Assembly (NCBI GenBank): GCA_047495785.1
Contig: JBLDXI010000015.1
Span: 248,001 to 312,000 of the forward strand
Origin: Lepidodermella squamata
Lineage: Eukaryota; Animalia; Gastrotricha
Length of the DNA stretch: 64,000 nt
Direction: 5' to 3'
Shown here: positions 37,196-50,151 of the stretch, one piece after another
Numbering within the stretch: the first letter of the stretch is position 1
Layout of the letters: the number at the start of each line of letters is the position of its first letter
Notes under the pieces: model-generated
Seen by the model: the letters and a program-made list of their open reading frames with translations, nothing else
Told to the model about the DNA's origin: nothing
The model's database searches: none
Made by a program: the position numbers and the translations under genes

Positions 37196-40100
37196 ATGAA
37201 GCGTTTGGTTACGTTGCTACTCCTCGCTTCTTCCGTCGCGTGTGGATCGCATTTCCAACGCTATGAAAATAAAATAATCAGTCCGACTACGGCAAGTGGC
37301 CTGCCTAACCTAAATAGCCACACAATTCTTACAAAATCAGCACAGGAAGAATCGATATGCGCTGCGTTTTGTTCAAGCAATCCGCAGTGCCAATCGCTGC
37401 AGTTTCGAAAAAGTACAAATACGTGCCTGCTGTACAGCATCTCGCCGGAGGGGTCGAGTGTCGCGAGACTGGTGGTGAACTCTGACTTCACTTCAATGAC
37501 ACTAACTGGGCGTAGTCAACTAGCGAAATCGGCGCAGTGTTCGAGCAATCAGTGCGTGACGAGTTGGTACTTCAATGCGATCAGGCGTGAAGTCAGCCGG
37601 CCAACTTGCTGGAAAGAGTATGCGAGTGATCCCACGCCGACGCGTGCAGTGGAAACACTCGACTACGACACGAGTTACATCAGCGACCTCGGCTACTCGT
37701 CTTCATCGGTTAACAACCTGACGGCGACAGGGTACACCCTGGCTAGAGAACCGCCATGCTACGCTCGAATCACATCGGGCCATTTGAGCCACGCGTGCCT
37801 AACGATGTCGCCACCCATTGGATCTTGGTTCAAAATCGACCTGCAACGCTATGCCTGGCTGACCAAGATGGAGTATCACTGTACTGACTCTAGCTGCATC
37901 AGCTCAATGCGGATTGAGTACAGTTTAGACGATGGTCAATATCAGCAACTCATGTCAGGACGCGGAATTCTACAGGTATGCACATCATTTTACTTCATAT
38001 GGCAATTAACAATGTGTACCCACCAATTCACAGTAAATAATATAATGATTCAACAAATTGTGCAAATTACCGTATATTCCGTAATAGCTTCAGGGGGCAT
38101 TGTAATTTCAAAGCCTCGAAAAAGGGGGGTTGTAAACGGGACGTGTTACAATTGCGAGCATGCGACTCTATTGTTTCAAAGCAAGTTTTCAAGTGTTAAA
38201 ATTGAGTAAAAATAAGAATAAATTGATAATTTTCGAACTACAGCTTGTAAAGTCAACAGGTTTTCATCAAAATCGAGAACGTCATCGTTCGATTGCGAGT
38301 TTTCAGCCATTTTTATGCAAATTACTGAAATTTTAAAATGTTAGTTTTCTTCAAATCATGAATGCTAGGAAATCGACAGCTACTTTGGCAATTTTCGTTG
38401 CTGAACTTCTCTCACTCGGCTATGTTTCGCCATTTTCTATCAAACAAGCACATCAAACGCCTCGAAATGGAATTTCAAAACGATAGGCGCTATTATTTTA
38501 GAATGCGATTTTCAAAGTTTGAATTTGAATTTAGGTCCCGGGTAGCTATTGCGAGTATGAGGCTTTAATATTTCAAAGGGCTTAAAAAGGGGGGTTGTAA
38601 ACGGGACGGGCGGTAATAACGGGTATATGAAGCTATTACGGAATATACGGTAAATTGAAATTGTTTGCGATTACATGTAGACATTTCACGATTGTTGATT
38701 GTAAATGTTACCGCAAAAAATATTATTCATAGCCCTTTCTCAATTCTCTAATCAATCTTAGAACTCGAAGTGGGTGTAATATTAGTTAGCAGTTTGCATC
38801 GCCCACTCAAATTGACCTCTCAAAGTTTAGGCGTTGCTATTTGTGTTCCGAATTCTTGTTTCTATTTCTTAGCTGGTTAATGGTACTATTGGCGAGATAG
38901 TCACTTTCGAGCTCTATCGGCCAGTTATGCTGCGTCACTTCCGTGCTGTAATTTATGCCGAAAACGGGACGGGCATTTACTATCGATGTGCCCGGTTTCG
39001 TATATACGGCTGCGCCGCAAATTGCTTGGATCCTCTTGGCATCGAAAATGGAGACATTGCCGATGGCCAAATTACAACCACAGATTACATATCCCAAAGC
39101 TACTTTTCCCGGCTGAATTGGGGCATGGCCGCTGTTAACAACTACAACAGCTTGACGATCGACCTTAGAAAGCAGATCTTCGTTAGGGCGGTTCTCGTTC
39201 AAGGATGTGATCGGCTGAACTCATGGGTAACTGCATTTGCCTATGAATACAAGGCGACGGCAATGGACAACTGGCTCCAGCTTCAAGATGCCTCGGGGTC
39301 GCTGGGATTTACTGGCAATACTGATGCGAAGAATGTAGTAGTCAACATGTTCCTGAACGTTATTATTGCCCAATTTTTCAAAATTATTCCAATATTTCTT
39401 TCATCGACTAATTGCTACCGATTTGAGTTGCTTGGATGCAAGAGTGAGTTAGCGTTCAATTTATTTAATTAATTGCTACATTTAATCAATTTTATCTAGC
39501 AACACCCGTGTACTCGCGAAACATAGCAAGCGGGGCAGGCACTTCATACTCGGCATTCGATTCAACGTTATCTGCAACCAATGCGATCACCCAGAAGCGA
39601 GATGTTCGGCTACAGCATCAGCAGAACTGCACTAGGATTACTGGGAGCCCAGTGAATTCAGGCCGCCCCTATGTCACGATTGGCTTGGGCGAGAATAGAA
39701 CGATAACTTCGGTGGAAATTGTGACACCCAATTTACCGGGCGCTGTCACTCTGAACCCTGATGGCCTGTGGCTCTTCGACTACCAGCGAGGTGGCGATGA
39801 TTTGTCTAGTAACGGCAATCACGCCATTGTTCCGCCGAGTATGAGCTACGTGGCTGGGTTCGATGGTCGGCCTCTTGGGGCTCTGCAGTGGCCGGGGGCA
39901 GATCAAGCGATTCTTGTTCGAACAAATAACATCAATATGATAGATCTGAACAACGGCTGGACTTACGCAGCATGGCTTTACTTCCCAAGTACTGGTACTG
40001 CTGGCGACTTTTTCCCAATGAAATGCAAGGCTAAAAGCTGGTGAGTCAACCTATATCCACTGTGATTTTGTGTTAAAACGTTAGCAAACAGGACACCTGG

Positions 40101-43100
40101 GACTTGGAGATTCAACATACGCTTCAAGTCAACGCGCGAGATAACTGTTGACTTCACTACTCATCCGACAAGCAGCTGGCAGTGGCCTTTGAAGAACGCT
40201 ATTGCGCCGTACGATCGCTGGTTCTTCTTCGCCCTAACTGTCGACTGCCGAAGTGGCGTGAGTCGCGTCTACTACGACACATACGATCGAGCAGTTAACT
40301 ACCAGGGCTGCCTGGCCCCAGACGTTTTCATGCTAACTGAGTATTTCGAAATTCGCGGCAATTGGAGTGGCCGCATCGCTTGCATGCAGTTCTACAAGCG
40401 AGGCCTCGACCAGTCTGAAATTGAACAAGCCTCGCGATGCCCTTGGATGAGTAAGTATCACATTGAGCGAAACATCAATAAATTTATCTTGTTATCCTTA
40501 GCCCCAACGCCCCTTGCTATTTATCCCTTTGCTTGCACGTTGAACGACGTGACTGGCCAAGCACCGAGTTTCACTTCAAATGGCAGCCCTCAATGCTCGA
40601 AAATATATGGATACACGTCAACGTATGTTTTTCTCATAAGGGAAGGCATATTTTCCTATTTGATCGGCATTCCAGAGCTTGGAATCTTGCAACAACGAGT
40701 GACAACCTACAGATGCAGATTAACACTGCCCCGGGCAACATTCTCGACCTCCAGTATTCGTTCACTGTTCTGCTTCACATAATGCAACCCAGTGCTGCTG
40801 ATGGCGTGATTCTGGGCTGGTACACCTCAGCGACAAACCCAGGAATTTATATATTCATTTCTGGTGGTAAATTGGCATTTTCCGTGAAATGTCGAAGTGC
40901 TGCCGTATCAACAACCACGAATTTTACAACCTCGTTACAACCGATGCCTAATCATTGGTCTTACATAGGCCTGATCTACGACAGTGAGGCTGGTACCCTG
41001 CTTCTGGTTCTCGATGGCACAGAAAGTTCAGTGATTTCCTTCCCGTGCTCCAGCGGCCTTCAGACCAATTCAAGCCCGTTTCGAGTCGGGGGTTCGATGC
41101 CTATCAGTGTTGCTTGCCTCCATTTCTACAAAGCAGCTTTGAATCGGAGGCAGATCGCTTCGTTAAAGCGTTGCCCGTCGACTGCGACGTCAGACATGAC
41201 AGCTGTTGCTAGCGCACCGTTGGATGGCTCTTTCGGCAGTTCCTCCATCACTAATCCAACAGCTGGAGACATTATAAATTCATCTAATTGGAATCCAGGT
41301 GAGAACCTCAAATTCTCTGGTGCTCCCCTTATTTTATCTTGCGGTCTTAGAACTAGGAAGCGGTGATGCTTATTAAATCTAACAGCTGCTTTGCAAATTA
41401 TTCAACTTGCTTTGACTTCAAATGATTCTATTAATGATAAACAGGTTCTGGCTTCCCTTGGCGAGGGAACACAAATGACGTCTGGGGCCAGCAAAGTTCA
41501 TCTGCAGCTAACTACTATTACTCTGTACCTGGGCGAACTGACTTGGTATTCGGCAATGGAACGAATAGCCAGACACCGTACACCTTCGGCATATATTTTT
41601 ACAGCAAAGAACCGACTAACGGTGTGATTTCGCCTGTTCTCACGCTGAACCAGCTTTCAACGGACTATGAACAAGTTTTCATCTCGCTGACGACTCCGAG
41701 TTCCATCGTGTACCAGGCGATAATGGAGAACCCAACTGGCAGTTCGACTACTCCATACTCGCGAAATGTAGCAAACGTCAGCACGTATTACAACGTTTGG
41801 CGGCACTTTATGATGTCGTTCGACATGGCGCCTGGGGCTATGCGCTTCGAAGGTTTCTACGACGGCAGTCGCGTCGCTAGCTACGATATGCCCGACGTGA
41901 GGCCCCGGGCGCTGCAACGGATAGGCATCGCTCGTCAACCTTACTGGGGCTATTGGGCGAAAGGCGAGTTTGCCTGCATTTCCGTGTTCCAGGGCTACTT
42001 GAACCAGTATATGGCAATGGAAGTCGCTACGCAGTGCCCTGGACCGGTATCACGTAAGAGGGGAAACCTTAAGGCTTAATGAAGCATATTGAAACGCTTA
42101 TTCATTTTATCAGTTCAAGGTCACGTTTGCGAGAGCGACCTTACAGTTCGTGCTACTGCTATTCCAAGTTCAGTGTTCGTATCATCAGCTGGGGTGAAAT
42201 TCGACCAATTCCGTCTCCAAAATCGATGGGTTGGCAACGCGACAACAGCTGGATCGATCGCTTGCTGTTGGCAACCAGCTGCCTCTGATTCAAGCCCGAT
42301 TCTAATGCTTGATCTTGGAGAAGAGACCACAATAGCTTCAATCGCGACCCAGGGGGACTATTCTACTGGGTACTACGTGACGAGTTTCAGAATGTCATAT
42401 GGGACGCCTTTCAATTACTTCTTGTGGGTCTACGAATTGCCGAGACCAAGCGTCATCAAAGTGAGCCAACTTTAATAAAAATTCTGTTCGAATTTTGCTC
42501 TCGAATGGATACAGGTGTTCACTGGGAACGAAAACAGCGATGGAGTTGTTTGGAATGCAATTCGACCTTACATTTCAGCTAGATATGTCAGAATACACCC
42601 GTTAACCTCAGTTGGCGGAGTGGGAATGCGGATTTTACTCCGTGGTTGTCCAGGTGAGGCATCAACTTGCTATGAGTTACGAAAATGCAATGATTTTCTC
42701 AAAGATTTCTTCTGCAAGACTGAGCTGAATGATGGGAAGAACAGCAGTGTAACGGTATCCAGCACGCAAACACCAGCCATTGAATCTCAAACCTACGTCA
42801 TCGGCAGCACCGTCGATTTCCGACCTCTGTTAACCGATCCTCAGCCTTTCTATCAAATCACGTTCTCGGTAATGAAAATCCTATCGGCTGTCATAGTCCA
42901 ATGCAGTGTTGATTCATCATCCTGGATTACAAAATATCACCTGATGGCTAGTTTGGACGATATCAAGTGGACCGGCTACGTTTGGCCTCATAATGGGTCA
43001 AGACTTCGAATATTCGATGGCCCATCAGCTTTGAGCAACCCAAATCCTTTCATTTCCTACTTGAGCCCTTATCCTCTTGTAACGATGGCGGTTCGACTGG

Positions 43101-43849
43101 TTATTGACGACTTTAATGTTGCTCCTTATGGTCGATTCGGATTCAAAGGCTGCTCTGCCCCTACAGCAGCAAACAAATACGCTTCGATCCTCACAACTCC
43201 TGTTGGAAGAGTTTCTGTTCGCCTGGGCTCGACTCGCCCCAACTCATCTTCAGATGCGGACGCACAGACTCAGTGCTCTCAGTTAGGCGGGATTCCGAGC
43301 GGAAGGCGGGTTCAACTCATGTGCGAGAATGGCCCTATAATTGGTAGGTTTCTAACTATCGTTGGTGCCAATGCTGGATCGACAATTGAGATTTGCCAAT
43401 TCGGAGCCTACTACGACAACGGCACAGACTATGCCAGCTTCAAAAATTTAGCAACTAACATCTCATCGATACCAGCTACAACTCTCATGGCTCTGACCAC
43501 CCCGGGTCCTAATAGCGTTGGAGCATCGTTGACCACTGGCTGGCTTCTGGTCGATCTTGGCGTGTCGTATTCCGTCGGCAAGGTTGTTGTGGTCACTCAA
43601 CAAAGCGGTTCATGGGTCGTCGATTCAAACCCCGGTAGCTGCCAGCTGACGATCCGAGTTGGAACCTCAACGAGTAGCAATCTTCAATCAAATCCTGTTT
43701 GCGACTTTTGGCTTGAGGGAAACCGCGTGGCTTTAGTTCAGGGACAAGCGCTGACTTTCCATTGCACCCCACCGTTGAATGGCCGATACGTTAGCCTAGA
43801 AAAAGAAGGCACTTCTACAATTCAAATTTCACGCTTCATGGTTTTTTGA
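37196..43849 (+). CDS. Large secreted mosaic lectin/adhesion protein: signal peptide, PAN/apple, 2x F5/8C, F-type lectin N-half, about 3x LamG/pentraxin-like, 2x F5/8C, F-type lectin C-half, second F-type-lectin-like domain. Multi-exon; first exons 37196-37975, 38873-39443, 39500-
   Basis: MKRLVTLLLLASSVAC signal peptide. PAN: CAAFCSSNPQCQSLQF..CLL. F5/8C: WFKIDL, RFRIYGC, CLDPLGIENGDIADGQIT, IATQG..YVTSF, ARYVRIHP..MRILLRGC. LamG-like: WFFFALTVD, WSYIGLIYD, IACMQFYKRGL. F-type lectin: GRFLTI and GRYVSL. Some internal junctions were not fully resolved. Confidence 0.78.
38070..38650. mobile_element. pogo/Tc1-type MITE in intron 1 of the lectin gene
   Basis: TIR CCGTATATTCCGTAATAGCTTCA / TGAAGCTATTACGGAATATACGG, TA TSD, internal direct repeat aaaaggggggttgtaaacgggacg. 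Confidence 0.85.
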
Positions 43850-44601
43850 ACGTTCAAATTGTTTGCTGAATATTATTTAACAGAATAATGGCTCGATTTC
43901 GGTGAATCATAATGTCTTTTCTATCTTACAATCATTTTGAGTTCGCAATTCGCAAGACTGTGTTTTTTCGTTTGATTGGTGAAACTGAAACTTGAATGTT
44001 CATTTCGGCCCACTCTTCACGCCTGGCAATTTAATGAGCAATTTAATAAAAATCGCTTAGTCTTTTCGCGTCTTGTCATGTCAATCATGCTATTCGATGC
44101 TGATCAGCACGCGCGTAATAAATGAATGCATTATTTTCTATAGCGTGTTCTTCGTAAACGGCTCAGTATAGCGCAGTGGTGAGTGAAATAATCACAGCGA
44201 GAAAAATAACTAATTCTGCGGTTATATTCGAGTGTTTCCGCCGGCGGCACTTGAGCGAACTTTCAGAGCCGGAAATTCTTTCCTACAGCATGCAGAGAAA
44301 AGGCTAAGCCAAATTTATTGGTTTAAAACGACGAATGCAGTAGTATTTGGCAATAAAAACGTTGTTGATGAAGCCCCACCAGGTAATGCGGAACGAATTT
44401 ACTAACGTTACTGCATGCGGCTCTGCTACTACCACATTTTGCATGATTGATAAATTAGCTCTTGTGTTACCCAAGTAAATTTACGCTGGGAAGAATTGAG
44501 TTGTCGATTGACGATCGCTAGCCTCGAGTAAACAATTATTTTTCTTGATTATTTGGAATATTCTTCATTTCAGGTTATCGTTTAGGAAATCAAACCTATC
44601 G

Positions 44602-45418
44602 ATGTTAGTCTATCGGATATTGTGGACTTCGATAACGTTTAACGTCGCTTGTAAGTTTTGAGGTTTGTGTCACTCATATGAAATCATTTTAACTCTGAAA
44701 TTAGCAACTTATTCGACTATCTCGTGTTATGTTGGCACCGGAGAACCAGGCTACATTCAGACAACATGCACTACTACGGGATATTGTTCGGTAAGGACGA
44801 ATTGTTTATTTCAAGTGATTTCATTAATTTCGTGAATTACGCTGAATAATTATCCCATTAATTACATATTACGCTGAATAGGGTGTAAACTTTCGGGTAT
44901 TTTTAGCTCCCAATTTTCAGACCGTAGTACGCCTAGTCCACGTGGCGATTTTCGTCAAATCCGCTAAATTTTCAATTTTTCAAAGTTACAGCATCCGCTC
45001 AAATTTCATAAGCATCTAAAGAAAAGTACTTTGAATGACGGGAAATCGTTTAGCTTACTATTCGTATAGATCCGAAGCATGGTCGAGCCGCAAAGCCGAA
45101 AATTTAATGTCGAATGACCCTGACCCCGGATCAATCCGAATCAAATTAAAGGCTAACAGCTAACATATCATATCGTTATCTTAGAAAATGGAATCTCGAA
45201 TCGCTTTGAGCGGCCTGGTGACAAAGGCTTACAACTGTGCAGTGAATTGCGAGGAGAAGGAAGTGGCGATATCTTACAGCGGCGGCTTCACGATTCGCAC
45301 ATATTGCTGCTCGCGGTCCTACTGCAACGCCTCAAGTTCATCACATGGGTCCAGGCTTCAAACTGCCATCGCATTACTTGGCATACATTTCCTCGCTTCA
45401 CAGTTTCACTTTAGATGA
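44602..45418 (+). CDS. Ly6/three-finger-like GPI-anchored protein; exons about 44602-44650, 44705-44790, 45185-45418
   Basis: Signal exon MLVYRILWTSITFNVA; exon 2 STYSTISCYVG..TTCTTTGYCS; exon 3 with NC..NC and CCSRSYCN, then a Ser-rich spacer and hydrophobic tail. Eight cysteines; phases compatible. Confidence 0.75.
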
Positions 45419-46404
45419 CCACTGCCTCATGTTTTCGATATGTGCAAACCCCTTTGTTGCTGATTGTTTCAAAAATTGATCCGCCGATGCGAGATAACTG
45501 AATGCAATAAAATAAATATATGGGCCTTCTTCTTGATACCTGAAGAACATGAAATGCGGAGAAACTCTAGCACACTCCGTGTAGGAGGTCTCCTTCAATT
45601 ACTCCTAGCTATGCGAAATATTGAATCAATACATGATCAATACATATAAGGAAATGATCAGCGTCGTGAAATCAGGCTGTAAAAATCCTCTTTTTTTTAC
45701 GCAGAAGTTAATGAATGAACTAATGTGTATATTGGCACGTGCTCTATACGTGCATTGATGGCCGTACTACAATATACATTTTAATAGTTTGATTTCCCAA
45801 ACAAACTTCCCTCTAAATGAGGCTTCATAAACCTCCCAAAGTAGTTCCAGTTGCTTATTTTAAACAGCTGTATAGAGGTAAAAAATGTCTTTCATCAGAG
45901 ATACGACTCGATACTTTTCTCAGAGTGGAGGGGGAGGGGTAAATCGAGCATTTGTAGCTTTCAAATTCTTGAGTGCCAAGGGCTTGATGTCTTTCCACTT
46001 CCCTCGGAGCTCTGCAATTTTCTGAAATGACGACATTGCCAATTAAGGTTTATCATTCTCCCATCTCACTTCGACGTACAGCAACTAAAATAAAAAGAAT
46101 CACTGCATGCTCCTGACGCCCTCAACGTCCGACGTCCAATGTCCGCAATCGATATTGATCAAACTCTCGTATTTCTAGCGTGTAAAAAACGCAGCAAACT
46201 GTCATTTAGCCTGCAGCGTTTTCGTACCTAGTCGCAAAGCATTAATGAATAATCTGTCAAAATCGATTAAGCTTACAAAATACTTGATGAATGCAGCACG
46301 TACACACACCTCGTATTTCTAGCCAAGTATTTTATGTTCTATAAAGCCGCCATTCATCAAGTCCATCTGCCCTCATATCCTAGCATCGCTTTATTTTTTA
46401 AGAG

Positions 46405-47722
46405 ATGAAATCCTCAGTGTCGTCCTCTGCAAAGTGCAAAGTGTGCGACTGCGCTGTGTCCCCCCGCCCTACTTTTCAACCCCGAACCTGTGCGGCTTGC
46501 CAGAAATTTTTCCGCCGCAACTGTGAGAACTGGCAGCGGCTGAGATGCAACCATGACGCTGCTGCAACGGCAAAATCGAAGCCGAAGTTGCACAAATATG
46601 ATTGTTCGAAATGCCGATTCGATGCGTGCATTCGCGCAGGCATGAAAAGTGAGTAATCGCAAGAGAGAACTTTTTAAACTATTTTATTCTGATTTTAGGT
46701 AAATATATGGCACGCTGTTCGATGGAATCTGAGAACCACTCTCTGGATTCAACCTCGAGCAGCGATTGCTCACTGATAGACAACCCGACGGTTTACAACG
46801 GCGAGGACGTTGAGAACATCATCCGATTGGCAATAACAGCACAAACTCATCTTCACCAGCTTGAATTTGTGAGCCTCGGGATTTTCATTGTGACAGAGCT
46901 TTTTATTCTAATTTGTAGCTCCCGTTGAGGAAGAACATCAGCGTTGAAGATATGTACAACCCACATACGTTCTCGCGAATTTTAATGCAAAATATCAGCG
47001 AAATTTTGCGTATTGGGCTTGAATTCACGTCTTTCCTGAAAGGTATCTTTTCTTTCGATTCCTGGCAAATTAAACCCCGTGTCCCTTAGATTCATTTCAG
47101 ATACCAGAAAGGGAAGTCGCTGCAATGATGCGTGGAGGCTGGAAGCCGATAACCTTGGCCTATTCAGCTCTGCCGTCGACTACAGGCAGTGTTTTAGTAG
47201 GGCCTGATAATTTGGCGCATTTCCTGAACCTCAATCCGGAGATGCGGGTCAGTTTTCCTTTTTTTATTTCCCTATGCTATCTAGAAATATACTAATTTCA
47301 GTGCGCTGCTGAAGCTGAGGATGAAGTTTCCTTTGAAATCAGTAAATGGAACCCTACGCTACCTGAAATTGCGGTTTTGATGCTTCGAATCTTCCTGAGA
47401 AGTAAGTTTCCAACTGTATTAAAATAACAGTCTCAGCAATCTTAAGTTTGTTCCTTATTTTTAAGTCGTAGATGATGAGACATACAGCCTGCAGTCTCGT
47501 TATCTAAAGCGGCAAGTTGATACAGCGTTTTCTCTGATATGCTCACGGCGATTCAGGCAGAACTCTGACCAATCTGTGACGCAGGTGAAGAATATCGAGC
47601 GACTGCTCGCCATAGAATCAGACTTACTCGACCAGAGTGGAGCGGCCGTTTCGGAGAGGCGACGGCTTGGCGAAATAAGCGAAAAAGATCGCGTCGTCGT
47701 CAAACTTACGTTCAACACTTGA
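46405..47722 (+). CDS. Divergent nuclear receptor, paralogue 2 (6 exons: about 46405-46648, 46699-46868, 46919-47042, 47090-47247, 47302-47401, 47466-47722)
   Basis: CKVC..CAACQKFFRR..CNH..CSKCRFDACIRAGM; NPTVYNGEDVENIIRLAI..QTHLHQLEF; FQIPEREVAAMMRGGW; KWNPTLPEIAVL. Spliced frame checked open to TGA at 47722. Confidence 0.82.
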
Positions 47723-48230
47723 TATCGTTATACATCGCAATAACCGCACTACCCGATGTATCAGCCATTTACACGTAACTATCCTGACTGAGGGTTCTTG
47801 GGCATCTCTTTTCATTGGCTAAAAGTAATGCAGGAGACATCCGGATGATTTTTTTTATATTTTTCATGCGGAATAAAAGAAGCGGATGATTTTCAAATTC
47901 TTTAGATGCTTTGCTTTATTTGTTTATTTATTTGCTTTAAAAACCTTACAAATGTAAAGGTCAACATGCTGACCATGGACAAGAGTGCCAGCAGTTTGCC
48001 CTCCAAACTGAGTGACAGCTTTTGACTGATCAATTTCGATCATGAATCACGATTAAGTAAACATGATGAAGTTTCAACAAATCCCGCATATTTTCTTCAA
48101 TTTACTAGAGTTTCTTCAACAGTTTGTATAAACTCAAGCTGCATGTAATTGGCAGTAATCACAAAAAAGAATGATTTCAGTTTGAATTAACTTGATTTCA
48201 TATTGTTCACTTTCGAGGGTTGACCTGATG

Positions 48231-48345
48231 CTAAGAGCTGATTCTCCAGACTCGGATGAAGAGTCGTTTCATAACTGCAGCGCTACAATCACGGAGAACT
48301 CGCGATTCCATGTCGACGAGACGTTCAGCGATTGAAACGTCGGTG
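48231..48345 (-). pseudogene. Isolated fragment of the last exon of a nuclear-receptor paralogue
   Basis: DVSIAERLVDMESRVLRDCSAAVMKRL matches paralogue 3 DVSNVESLVDMESRELNDCSTAMLKRL. Confidence 0.65.
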
Positions 48346-48399
48346 TGGGGCCGTCCTCGTCCTGTAGCATCACGGGCGAGGGAAGGGTCACTTCTCTCG

Positions 48400-50000
48400 A
48401 GGGCTTTGCTGTTAAGTACGGAGTCGAAGTGATCACACAAGAACTGAAAGATATCCACTTTCTTTTGTAACGGAGCCGTTTTCAGCTTCACCTAGGTGCA
48501 GACTGAGGTCCATGTCTGCCAACTCCTCGGCAGTAATAGGAGCGCTCAGCAAGTAAAGAGCAGGTAACAAAATAAGGAATAAATAAGTAAATAAAAAGAA
48601 CGCCTGCGCCAAAACCTGTTCGCGGAAACACAAATAATTTCATCGGCCAAGCCTTGGGATATTTTTTGTGCAAGATTAAATATTGAATAACCGTTGCATA
48701 ACCGTACGAGTGCATCGTCGCTGAAGCTGTCGTGAAAACTGTCGTGTAATACCACCAGAACATGCTGCATTCCTGACAGGCTGCAGTTGCTCCGACACTC
48801 AACTTTCTGTCGTTATCGATGCGATTTCGACAAACAATAGCAGAAAGGAGTTTACCCTGCGGCAAACGGACGTCAGCGGTGCGTTCGACAGAGTCGACCG
48901 AAAGCTACTACCCGATATTCTCTGGAAAGCGAGTTCTCGAATTGATACGCTCATTTCTTTCAAATCACTTCTTTAGAGTTCTGGTAGCAGGGGCTGGATC
49001 TAGCATTCGGCCCGAGGAAGCCGGAATCTGCCAGGGCAGTGTCCTGGGCCCCCTCTCTGGGTAGTTTTATACGCCGGTATTAGCAGATCGTTCTCAAACA
49101 TCGAACGACCGAGAGGCGTAGCACCTCCAGAAACGTACACATTGGCTGACGATTTTAATATCGGCAGCACTTCAGCAACGGCCATCGACACTGGCGAGGA
49201 TAACGCGACGAAATCGGCCCTGGCTCATCGGGTGTCGATGGACCCGAAGAAGAGAGTCGACACCCTATGCTCGCCTTCGATGCGGTCGAAAAGAAAATGG
49301 AAACGACGAAGAAGTGAAGGCAACAGCAGATCGCGACGAAGAAGAAAGCACCTCCACTACGCTCGTTGGTCTGATTTTAGACAAGGGGCTAGTATAAAGG
49401 GAACAATAAATCAGGAATAAGAAGGTCGGCCAGGCTACAACCGCCGTTACACAACTGCTACGCCTGCGACAGTACGTATCACTCGGTCAGTTAACAAACG
49501 CTTTTAAAACCTATGTCTTGCCGATTCTAGAATTCGGCCTAGTGGCCTACACTTTCGCAGCCAACCCAACGCTACTCGATCTACTCGACCAAGTTCAAGA
49601 CCGATTTGTCAGATCAACTGGGGTGACACTTCAGCCTCTTGCAAAACGCCGATTCGTCGGCGTGATGTGCTACCAGTACAAAGTCATTGTAGCTGGACGT
49701 GGTACACAGCAAATCAGGGCGAGGTTTCTTAGAGTGGCATGAAGATCAGGCAGACTGCGGAACCCTAAATGCAAACACGGCTATCAAATCAAACTCAACA
49801 CGCCGAGCTCGGTCCGCGACATTGACCTGTTCTTGCGCATGGCAGCAATAATACAAAAGTGGAACCAACTATCCAAAACCGTCTTGCCGTGGGCAACAGA
49901 CCCTGAATCGTTCAAGCATTCTATAAATGCTCTAGGCCTTACCTTTTGACACCACCCGAAAGGGGGCTGAATATTATACAAAAAAACTATCACGTCGACG
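48400..50000 (+). mobile_element. Old, frameshifted LINE reverse-transcriptase remnant (boundaries approximate)
   Basis: GAFDRVDRKLL (about 48880), IRSFLSN, GICQGSVLGPL, LADD, AFKTYVLPILEFG, LDQVQDRF, KWNQL. Confidence 0.7.
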
Positions 50001-50151
50001 ATCTTTAGGCCGAGGCCACAAAGGAGGCGGTGTCGGGCGCACTGTAGGCGTTTCACTTTATGACAATCGTAAGCGCGCGGTAATGCGGAAAGAGCAAGGA
50101 GACTGATTTCAGCTTGATTTACGTGATTTCATGCACGTAACATATATTTTA

